38,734 nt of DNA from an uncultured Anaerolineales bacterium. GTDB taxonomy: Bacteria; Chloroflexota; Anaerolineae; Anaerolineales; UBA11858. The notes under the pieces were generated by a model. It did not search any database. It saw nothing but the letters and a program-made list of their open reading frames with translations, and was not told the origin of the DNA. Position 1 is the first letter of the stretch, and each line of letters starts with the position of its first letter. Shown in pieces: positions 22,818 to 30,033 of this stretch. A program made the position numbers and the translations under genes. The stretch covers positions 1,563-40,296 of the forward strand of contig CAZJBA010000003.1 in assembly GCA_964544065.1 (NCBI GenBank), read 5' to 3'.

Positions 22818-22839
22818 CCCCTATTTTTTGAGATGATAC
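22818..22839 (-). repeat. Degenerate inverted copy of the 22-nt motif, 29 nt upstream of the MFS start
   Basis: CCCCTATTTTTTGAGATGATAC compared with the consensus CCCCGCTTTaTTGAGAAGATAC gives about 18 of 22 matches. Confidence 0.6.
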
Positions 22840-22868
22840 CACTCAGAGACCAAAAGGAGCGCGCTTTC

Positions 22869-24230
22869 ATGCAAACAAACATCAACCCTCGTGAAAAGAC
22901 CACCCGACGACAGCGTTGGGCCTGGTATTCTTTCGATATTGGCAATTCCGCTTATGCCGCCGTGGTCATCTTGGCGATTTATGCGGCCTATTTCAAAAGC
23001 CATGTCGTCGGCGGGGTGGAGGGGACGCGTCTGTGGGGCATATCCGTTGGAATCGCCATGCTGGTTGTCGCCCTGACTTCCCCTGTGCTCGGCGCGATTG
23101 CAGATTTTTCCGGGGGCAAAAAACGTTTTCTGCTCGCTTTCACCGTCTTGGCCTGTGTCGCCACAGCGCTGTTGTATTTCGTCCAAAAAGGGGACATCTT
23201 CATCGGGATGCTGTTTTTCATCCTCGCCGAAATCGGCTACCGCGGCGGCCAGGTTTTCTACAACTCGCTGCTCCCCGAAGTCGCCGAACAGGATGAAATT
23301 GCCAAGGTCTCCGGCATCGGCTGGGCCATCGGCCTGCTCGGCGGAATCGCCTGCCTGTTGATCGTGATGGCATTGGTCACGCTGAACGAGGGGGTCTGGT
23401 TCGTGCGCTTTTCTCTGGTGATCACAGCGATCTATTTCGCCGTATTCGCCACACCGCTCTTCCTCTGGCTGCGTGAACGCGCCGAGCCAGAAGCATTACC
23501 GCCAGGCGAAAACTATCTCACCGTCGCCTACGGACGCTTGAAAACCACGATCCAACAGGTCAAACATTACCGTGAATACATCAAGTTCATGATCGCCTTT
23601 CTAATTTACAACGACGGCATCTTGATGGCGATCAGCTTCGCAGCCATTTTTGGCGAAGTGATGTTCGGACTTGACCAGCAGCAGATCATCTTGTTCATGA
23701 TCCTGATTCAATTCACCAGCGTGATCGGCGCGTATGTCTCGGGCTGGCTGGCCCACCACATGGGTGGAAAGATATCTTTGTTGGTCTTTCTCGTCTTGAT
23801 GCTCGCCTCCGTGGTGGGCTTGTTCGTCAACCAGACCATCCCCGGCTTTTACATCGCCGGAGGCTTTGCCGGGTTAGCCCTCTCGGCGGTGCAGTCAACC
23901 AGCCGAGCCATGGTTGGGCTGCTGGCCCCTGAGGGAAAAAGCGCCGAATTCTACGGTTTCTTCGCCGTGGCCGGGCGCACCTCCTCGTTCATTGGCCCGA
24001 CCATCTATGGCCTGGTGGCCGCCGAGATGGCGCTTTGGTTCGCCGCGCGGGGGGATCAAATCTCCTTCTTGTGGTTCCGGGCCAATCCGCTGGGTGCGCC
24101 GTTCTCAGAACAATTGGGGCAACGCGTGGCGATTCTCTCCGTGATTGTCTTTTTGGTGGTCGGGCTGGTATTATTGGGTTTTGTCAACGAAAAAGAAGCC
24201 CGTTCCCAACGCCAAAACCATCCTTTATGA
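22869..24230 (+). CDS. MFS transporter, UMF1/Atg22-like family
   Basis: ATG 22869 with AAAGGAG upstream. N-terminus RRQRWAWYSFDIGNSAYAAVVILAIYAAYF is typical of UMF1-type MFS. About 12 TM helices. Confidence 0.8.
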   Translation: MQTNINPREKTTRRQRWAWYSFDIGNSAYAAVVILAIYAAYFKSHVVGGVEGTRLWGISVGIAMLVVALTSPVLGAIADFSGGKKRFLLAFTVLACVATALLYFVQKGDIFIGMLFFILAEIGYRGGQVFYNSLLPEVAEQDEIAKVSGIGWAIGLLGGIACLLIVMALVTLNEGVWFVRFSLVITAIYFAVFATPLFLWLRERAEPEALPPGENYLTVAYGRLKTTIQQVKHYREYIKFMIAFLIYNDGILMAISFAAIFGEVMFGLDQQQIILFMILIQFTSVIGAYVSGWLAHHMGGKISLLVFLVLMLASVVGLFVNQTIPGFYIAGGFAGLALSAVQSTSRAMVGLLAPEGKSAEFYGFFAVAGRTSSFIGPTIYGLVAAEMALWFAARGDQISFLWFRANPLGAPFSEQLGQRVAILSVIVFLVVGLVLLGFVNEKEARSQRQNHPL

Positions 24231-26614
24231 TCCAAAAAACACAACGCCGTTTCTTGCTGTTAGCCGCGCTCTTCTTGGGCCTCTACGCCCTGGCCTTGAG
24301 CCTATCCCCGGCTGTGATTGCCCGATCCTGGCAGGTCGATCTCCGCTGGAGCCACTGGATGGGCTATCTCGTCTGGTTGATCGGCTTCCTTCTGGCCCAG
24401 CGGGCGACCGGCCGATTTCTGTCCCGGCGAGACCCTCTCTTGCTGCCCCTTGTCGCTCTGTTGAGCGGATGGGGATTGATCACCGTCTGGCGCTTGTCGA
24501 TCTATTTTGGCCTGCGCCAAACCATCTGGCTTCTCATCGCCCTGGGCGCGTTGGTGGGCGGCTTGCGGTTGCAACAACCCCTCGAAACCTTGCGGCGGTA
24601 CAAATACCTTTGGCTCAGCAGCGGCTTGCTGCTCACCGCCCTGACACTGATCTTTGGGACCAACCCCATGGGCGCCGGGCCGCGTCTGTGGCTCGGTTGC
24701 TGCAACATCTATTTTCAACCCTCCGAACCGCTCAAACTTTTGCTGGTCGTTTACCTGGCGGCCTACTTTGCCAATTGGGGAACCTCCTTCCGCCCTGATC
24801 GATCTGAGGGGAACAATCAAGCGCGTCGCCTCCAAGTGCTCGTCCCCACGCTGATCATGACCGGCCTGGCCCTGCTCTTGCTCATCGTCCAGCGCGATCT
24901 GGGCACGGCTTCGCTCTTCATCTTCATTTATTCGGTGATGATCTTCCTGGCCACAGGTTGGCGCTTGATCCCCCTCGTGAGCCTCTTGGGGTTGGGCTTA
25001 GCCGGAGCGGGGGGCTATTTGCTCTTCGATGTCGTCCGCTTACGTGTGGATGCCTGGCTGAATCCCTGGCTCGACCCCAGCGGGCGTTCCTATCAGATCG
25101 TGCAATCGCTGATCGCCGTGGCCAACGGCGGCATTTTTGGGCGCGGCCCCGGGCTGGGGAGTCCCTCGGTGGTGCCCGTGGCCCACTCCGATTTTGTCTT
25201 CGCCGCCATCGCCGAAGAGACAGGGCTGGTCGGCGCACTGGGCTTGTTGATCCTGATCGCTTTGTTGACTCAGCGTGGCCTGCGTATCGCCCTACATGCT
25301 CAAGAGCCCTTCCACCGCTATTTGGCCGCCGGTCTGACCACCAATATCCTGGCGCAAAGCGTGCTCATCATCGGCGGCAATTTGCGCTTGTTGCCCCTGA
25401 CGGGGGTGACCTTGCCCTTCATTTCCTATGGCGGTTCCTCGCTGTTGGTTTCTTTTCTGGCCATCATGCTGCTCTTTCACATCAACCAGGCAGGCGATTG
25501 GCAGACGTCCCCAGCGACTGCGCTCGCTCCATCCAGCCTTGGCGCTTCATTACCCGCTTTTTTCCTGGCCTCGTTGGCGGCCGCCGCTCTCACGGCTGGA
25601 TGGTGGGGCTTCTACCGCGGCCCCGATTTGCTCACCCGCACCGACAATCCCCGCCGGGCCATTTCCGATCGCTACGTGCCCCGCGGCGCTATCTTCGATC
25701 GCTTCGATACGCCCCTGGTCGAAACGGAGGGGCAAACGGGCCAGTACAAGCGCTATGTCCACACCCCGGAGCTTGGCCCGGTGCTGGGCTACAATCACTC
25801 CATCTATGGCCAGGCCGGGCTCGAAGCCAGCCTCGACCCCATTTTGCGTGGCCTACAGGGTCAGGATGCGTTCACCATCTGGCGGCATCACTTGCTTTAC
25901 GGGCAGCCGCCGCCCGGCTTGGATGTGCGCTTGACCCTCGATTTGGAGTTGCAACAACAGGCCGATGCCTTGCTCGGCGATTACGCTGGGGCTTTGGTTT
26001 TGATGCGGGCGGATACGGGCGAGATTTTGGTCATGGCTTCGCACCCGTTTTATGACCCGAATCAAATGGAGACTCAGTGGGAATCCCTGATTCAGGATGA
26101 GCGCGCCCCGTTGCTGAATCGGGTCATGCAAGGGAGCTACTCGGTCGCGGGTCTGAGCGGGCCCCTGTTCCCGGAACAGATTCCCGCTTCCTGGCGGGAC
26201 GGCCTGCCGCTACGCCTGCCCGGAATCGATATCCCGCTATCGGAAACGGAAGCCAGCCCCATGGGAGTCACGTTGCTCGCTGCCTCCCTCGCTAATGAAG
26301 GCCTGCAAGCGCCTCCCCGCCTGGTCCAAGCTTATCGCCATCCCGAAGAAGGTTGGATTCCGATTTCGCCGCTGGGCCAATCCGAGCAAGTTTTTTCATC
26401 CACCCAGGCAAACGCGATCCTCACAGAGATGGAATCCGAAAATCGATCCGGATGGCATTTGGCTTTGACTCCCGAGGGCGAAGATGTAACCTGGTTTGTG
26501 GGGGGCAGCTTGGACGATGAGCCCGTAGTTTGTGTAATCGTTCTGGAAGAAAAAAATCTCCCCCTGGCGGAGGAGATCGGGTTGGAGATGTTGGCGGGGG
26601 CGGCGAGGCCCTAA
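24227..26614 (+). CDS. SEDS (FtsW/RodA/SpoVE) glycosyltransferase fused to a class-B-PBP-like domain lacking the catalytic motifs
   Basis: ATG 24227 overlaps the MFS stop (ATGA). SEDS motifs are present (FQPSEPLKLLLVVYLAAYF, HSDFVFAAIAEETGLVGA, LPFISYGGSS). The C-terminal half has PBP pedestal and transpeptidase flavour (GALVLMRADTGEILVMASHPFYDPNQ; SPMGVTLLAASLANEG), but I found no SxxK, SxN or KTG. Confidence 0.85.
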   Translation: MIQKTQRRFLLLAALFLGLYALALSLSPAVIARSWQVDLRWSHWMGYLVWLIGFLLAQRATGRFLSRRDPLLLPLVALLSGWGLITVWRLSIYFGLRQTIWLLIALGALVGGLRLQQPLETLRRYKYLWLSSGLLLTALTLIFGTNPMGAGPRLWLGCCNIYFQPSEPLKLLLVVYLAAYFANWGTSFRPDRSEGNNQARRLQVLVPTLIMTGLALLLLIVQRDLGTASLFIFIYSVMIFLATGWRLIPLVSLLGLGLAGAGGYLLFDVVRLRVDAWLNPWLDPSGRSYQIVQSLIAVANGGIFGRGPGLGSPSVVPVAHSDFVFAAIAEETGLVGALGLLILIALLTQRGLRIALHAQEPFHRYLAAGLTTNILAQSVLIIGGNLRLLPLTGVTLPFISYGGSSLLVSFLAIMLLFHINQAGDWQTSPATALAPSSLGASLPAFFLASLAAAALTAGWWGFYRGPDLLTRTDNPRRAISDRYVPRGAIFDRFDTPLVETEGQTGQYKRYVHTPELGPVLGYNHSIYGQAGLEASLDPILRGLQGQDAFTIWRHHLLYGQPPPGLDVRLTLDLELQQQADALLGDYAGALVLMRADTGEILVMASHPFYDPNQMETQWESLIQDERAPLLNRVMQGSYSVAGLSGPLFPEQIPASWRDGLPLRLPGIDIPLSETEASPMGVTLLAASLANEGLQAPPRLVQAYRHPEEGWIPISPLGQSEQVFSSTQANAILTEMESENRSGWHLALTPEGEDVTWFVGGSLDDEPVVCVIVLEEKNLPLAEEIGLEMLAGAARP

Positions 26615-26635
26615 TCCGGTGGTGTGAAATTGGTC

Positions 26636-26670
26636 AAAACCTCACAGGACTCAGACCCTGTGAGGTTTTT
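26636..26670. terminator. Bidirectional Rho-independent terminator
   Basis: AAAACCTCACAGG (26636-26648) pairs with CCTGTGAGGTTTT (26657-26669) around an 8-nt loop, followed by a T-run. It lies between convergent genes. Confidence 0.85.
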
Positions 26671-27922
26671 AAGGTGGTGTAGGCGTAAACGTGGGCGTGG
26701 TGCGGGGGGTTCGGCTGGGCGTGGGCGAGATGGTCGGCGTGGGGGTGAGCAAACCATCGGCCGTGATGATGACGTTGACGACCTCGCCAAATAGGCCCAG
26801 TTTGCCCAGTTCGACGTCATTGTAGGTCACGTAGAGGCCTTCTCCGTTGCCCGAAAGGATTTCAATGCTTGTTTCGCCGCCGAAGGTGTAAGCCTCGCCG
26901 GGGGCGACGCGCCCGTCGAAGGCTACTTCATCGTCGACAGTGACGCGCATGTAGGCGCGCTGACTTACATCAATTTGGGCGTGCACGGCGCCGGTTGTTT
27001 CTACCAGCGGGTTGGCTTCTTCTTCCGCTGGGGCGGCCTCGGCTGCTGTTTGGGTTTGGTCGGCCCCGGCCTCTTCCAGGGGGGCGAAAACCGTCTCGGT
27101 CGGCGTCGGTGCCAGCGACTCGGTCGGGGAGGGAAGCAACACCTCGGCGATGGAGGGAACGGTCGGTACCGGCGTTTCCTGCGAACGGGCCGAAGAGATG
27201 CGGATACCCGCCCATAACGCGAACAGGATCAAGAAAACGATCAAGGTTCCACCCAGGAGCAATTCCTTGGAGAAAAAGCGTCCAGCTGGGGTCACTTCTT
27301 TGGGCTTTTTGCGTTTTTGCTCTTGTTGGTCGGGTGGTTGCGCCTCTTGCCGTTCTTGCCATTGAGCTTGTAAGCGCTCGGCAAATCGGAGCAGCAAGGG
27401 TTCGGGATCGAGGCTGAGGAATTGGGCGTAGTTTTTGAGCATCCCGCTGCCCTGGGCCATGGAGGGCAGCGAATCGAAATCACCGTTTTCGAGCGCCTCG
27501 AGGTAATGTGTTTTCAGGTAGGTGTGTCGTTCTACGTCTTCCAGCGAAAGGCCTAGGACCTCTCTTTGGGTCTTCAGCGCTTCCCCAATTGATTGAAAGG
27601 ATGGTTCTGGTTGTTCGGGTTCTTCCGGCGGTGTTTCTTGTTCCACCTCCTGTTGGTTGGATTCCTTTCTGGCCGCGATCAGGTTCGTGAGTGTATCGCT
27701 TTGCAAGCGTTCGATCAAGCGGTTGCCGTCCAGGTTCAAAAAAGCGGCATAGGCGCGCAGAAAGCCGTGCGCCTGGGCCTGGGACGGAAAGGCATCGAAG
27801 TCCCCCGATTCCATGGCGCGGAGGTAGTGAGTGCGGATATGAGTAGCCTGCTCGACTTCTTCGAGGTTGATTTTTCGATCCTGGCGAGCTTGCCGAAGCT
27901 TTTTGCCAATGGCTGGTTTCAT
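26669..27922 (-). CDS. rodZ: RodZ-like cytoskeleton-associated protein with two N-terminal HTH modules, a TM segment, a DUF4115-like domain and a PT-rich tail
   Basis: Two HTH_25-like repeats: IGKKLRQARQDRKINLEEVEQATHIRTHYLRAMESGDFDAFPS and IGEALKTQREVLGLSLEDVERHTYLKTHYLEALENGDFDSLPS. TM segment LLLGGTLIVFLILFALWAGI. C-terminal MRVTVDDEVAFDGRVAPGEAYTF. Confidence 0.8.
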   Translation of the reverse strand: MKPAIGKKLRQARQDRKINLEEVEQATHIRTHYLRAMESGDFDAFPSQAQAHGFLRAYAAFLNLDGNRLIERLQSDTLTNLIAARKESNQQEVEQETPPEEPEQPEPSFQSIGEALKTQREVLGLSLEDVERHTYLKTHYLEALENGDFDSLPSMAQGSGMLKNYAQFLSLDPEPLLLRFAERLQAQWQERQEAQPPDQQEQKRKKPKEVTPAGRFFSKELLLGGTLIVFLILFALWAGIRISSARSQETPVPTVPSIAEVLLPSPTESLAPTPTETVFAPLEEAGADQTQTAAEAAPAEEEANPLVETTGAVHAQIDVSQRAYMRVTVDDEVAFDGRVAPGEAYTFGGETSIEILSGNGEGLYVTYNDVELGKLGLFGEVVNVIITADGLLTPTPTISPTPSRTPRTTPTFTPTPP

Positions 27923-27935
27923 ACTGGCAATTATA
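27923..27935 (-). promoter_or_regulatory. -10 element positioned for a leaderless rodZ mRNA (TATAAT - 7 nt - ATG)
   Basis: On the minus strand: TATAAT (27935-27930), then TGCCAGT, then ATG at 27922. No SD sequence. The -35 is poor. Confidence 0.45.
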
Positions 27936-28061
27936 CAAGATATTACGGATTTTTATGAGGAAGCCAGGAAACCTTGAATTCTGTAACCGTCTACCGAAGC
28001 TCCGCCTTGCGACGTCCCTGATAGTGTCCACATATTTCTGAACCATCCCCAAGGAAAATAC

Positions 28062-28093
28062 AAAAAACCGGCCTGTTGCAAGGCCGGTTTCTT
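28062..28093 (-). terminator. Rho-independent terminator of rplI
   Basis: AAACCGGCC (28065-28073) pairs with GGCCGGTTT (28082-28090). On the minus-strand RNA it is followed by a U6 run (28067-28062). Confidence 0.8.
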
Positions 28094-28115
28094 GGTTCAG
28101 GTCAAAAGGTGGGCT

Positions 28116-28721
28116 TTATTCTTCTTCGGGGGCTTCGTCCTCAAGGCCGACTTCGATTTCGTCTAAGTCATCCAGAACCTCGTCTTTGTAATCGGCCCAA
28201 CCGACGGACTCGGTTTCTGCCTGTTCGGCTTCTTCGGCCAGTTCTTCGGCCTCTTCGATCGATTCTTCGGGCGTCTCACCTTCGCGATAAACGACGACGT
28301 CGATCTCGGGGATCAAGTCGACGGTTAACCGGATCGGAACGGTGTGTTCACCGATCATGCGCAGGGGTTGGGCGTCAACCTGGCGATGGCTGAGTTCCAG
28401 GTCAAGTTCCTCGTTGACCGCTTCGGCGATCATGCGGGTGTTGACCGATCCATACAGGCGGCCTGTCTCGCTGGCCCGCACCGGGAAGGTCAGGCGGACA
28501 TCTGCCATCTGTTCGGCGATGCCGCTCATCTCTTCGTTGAGGATAGTGCGCTCTTTGTCGGCCACCTCGCGGATGTAATCGGCCCGTTGGACGGCGGCAG
28601 ACGTAGCCAGAACGGCGAATCCCTGGGGGATTAAATAGTTACGGCCGTATCCATTGGCAACTTTCTTGACATCGCCGGCACGGCCGAGTTTATACACGTC
28701 TTTCAGGAGTAATACTTTCAT
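28116..28721 (-). CDS. rplI: 50S ribosomal protein L9 with an acidic C-terminal extension of about 55 aa
   Basis: MKVLLLKDVYKLGRAGDVKKVANGYGRNYLIPQGFA is the L9 N-domain. I use the internal ATG 28721 of the track ORF. The tail is EGETPEESIEEAEELAEEAEQAETES...EDEAPEEE. Confidence 0.9.
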   Translation of the reverse strand: MKVLLLKDVYKLGRAGDVKKVANGYGRNYLIPQGFAVLATSAAVQRADYIREVADKERTILNEEMSGIAEQMADVRLTFPVRASETGRLYGSVNTRMIAEAVNEELDLELSHRQVDAQPLRMIGEHTVPIRLTVDLIPEIDVVVYREGETPEESIEEAEELAEEAEQAETESVGWADYKDEVLDDLDEIEVGLEDEAPEEE

Positions 28722-28796
28722 TTGTTCTCTAGCCCTTTCGTAAAATGGATTTGCTTTCTCGCCTCGGGCGAAGGGTACAACGCCCAAGCGGGGCAC

Positions 28797-28825
28797 ATTC
28801 TACCAAACTGCGGGGTAGGCGTCAA
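28797..28825 (-). promoter_or_regulatory. rplI promoter (TTGACG - 17 - TAGAAT)
   Basis: On the minus strand: TTGACG (28825-28820), a 17-nt spacer, TAGAAT (28802-28797). This implies a 5' UTR of about 70 nt. Confidence 0.65.
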
Positions 28826-28837
28826 TGTGTTTGCGAT

Positions 28838-28866
28838 TTGGCGAGACCTCCCCGTTTGGATATAAT
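28838..28866 (+). promoter_or_regulatory. Orphan plus-strand promoter (TTGGCG - 17 - TATAAT), back-to-back with the rplI promoter
   Basis: TTGGCG 28838-28843 and TATAAT 28861-28866. An ATG at 28874 lies 7 nt after the -10. There is no credible annotated gene downstream. Confidence 0.45.
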
Positions 28867-29006
28867 CGCGGCGATGCGACGATACGGTTGGCTGTTTCTC
28901 TGGTTTAGGACTTACGCAGCTCGCCGATTCGCTCTGCGTCCCCGTAGGGGGAAGCTTGTCGAAATCAGCGAACTGCGGCCGAAAAGCGTATTTCCGCGGC
29001 GTGGCC

Positions 29007-29987
29007 TCACAGCCACTCGATCTTTTCTTCTTCTCCCCACCGCATCCGCAGGTAGGATTCATACCGCGCTGGATGGACGCGCCCATCTTGCACGGCTTCC
29101 TTGACCGCGCAGCCGGGCTCCTGCATATGTTTGCAATTGCTGAACCTGCAATCGGCCACCAGAGCACTTATTTCGGGAAAATAACCGTCCACCTCCTCGG
29201 GATGGATGTCCCACAACCCGAAGGCCTTCAGGCCGGGGGTGTCGGCCACGTAGCCGCCACAATCGAGGGGAAACATCTGCCGGTAGACGGTGGTGTGGCG
29301 TCCCTTTTTGGTCGTTTCGCTGACCTCCCGGACGCGCAAGCCCAACTCCGGCTGGATCACGTTCAACAGGCTCGATTTGCCCGTCCCCGATGGGCCGGCC
29401 AACATGGAGACCTTGCCGGTCAATTGCTCTCGCAGTTCGTCGACGCCCTCGCCCGTGAGGGCAGAGGTATACAGCACCGGATAGCCGATCTTTTTGTAAT
29501 GGCCAAAGAGCTTCTCGGCGGTTTTGATGCCGACCAGGTCGACTTTGTTGAAAACAATGAAAGGGGGAATGTGCGCTTGTTCAGCCACGATCAGGAAGCG
29601 GTCCAACATGCGCAGGCGCGGCTTCGGATGTTTGCAGGCGAACACGACGATGGTCTGGTCGGCGTTGGCGATCAATATTTGCTGATACTCGCCCCGCGCC
29701 GTTGGCGCCATGCGCGCGAACATATTTTCCCGCTCTTCGATCTCCTCGATCATGCCGGTGCCCTCCTCTTCGTCGAGCAGGGTGATCTGGACCCAATCCC
29801 CCAGTGCAACGATATCTCCCGTTTTGGGGCCTTGTTTCAAGCGCCCCCTCAGTTGACAAACAACCGAGCCTTCTTCTGTCTCCACGGTGTAGAAACCCGA
29901 TTGCGTGCGAATAACCAATCCTCGCAGCGTTCTTTCTTCTTCCAGATCAATCTCCTTTCTGTGTTTGTAGTCAGTCACGCAGTGCAA
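29007..29987 (-). CDS. rsgA: Ribosome small-subunit-dependent GTPase RsgA (YjeQ)
   Basis: Circularly permuted GTPase order (FNKVDLV ... GPSGTGKSSLLN). OB-fold N-terminus. C-terminal zinc knuckle CRFSNCKHMQEPGCAV. Confidence 0.9.
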   Translation of the reverse strand: MHCVTDYKHRKEIDLEEERTLRGLVIRTQSGFYTVETEEGSVVCQLRGRLKQGPKTGDIVALGDWVQITLLDEEEGTGMIEEIEERENMFARMAPTARGEYQQILIANADQTIVVFACKHPKPRLRMLDRFLIVAEQAHIPPFIVFNKVDLVGIKTAEKLFGHYKKIGYPVLYTSALTGEGVDELREQLTGKVSMLAGPSGTGKSSLLNVIQPELGLRVREVSETTKKGRHTTVYRQMFPLDCGGYVADTPGLKAFGLWDIHPEEVDGYFPEISALVADCRFSNCKHMQEPGCAVKEAVQDGRVHPARYESYLRMRWGEEEKIEWL

Positions 29988-30033
29988 CGGAGTGACGTTA
30001 GCGTTCTTTAGCTTTTTTCAGAACGATCCATTT

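Noticed and set aside
24958-26055. 365-aa plus-strand ORF in an alternative frame
   Set aside because: It lies inside the SEDS-PBP-like gene in another frame. The translation is Arg/Pro/Gly-rich and non-protein-like, whereas the SEDS frame carries clear family motifs.
28874-29104. 76-codon leaderless ORF downstream of the orphan promoter
   Set aside because: The translation (MRRYGWLFLWFRTYAARRFALRPRRGK...) is Arg-rich and overlaps the rsgA 3' end in antisense. I kept the promoter and a possible non-coding RNA as a finding, but not the protein.
28956-30011. 351-aa plus-strand ORF
   Set aside because: It is entirely antisense to the well-supported rsgA gene. The translation is Gly/Arg/His/Leu-rich with no recognisable motifs, which is a typical shadow ORF in GC-rich DNA.
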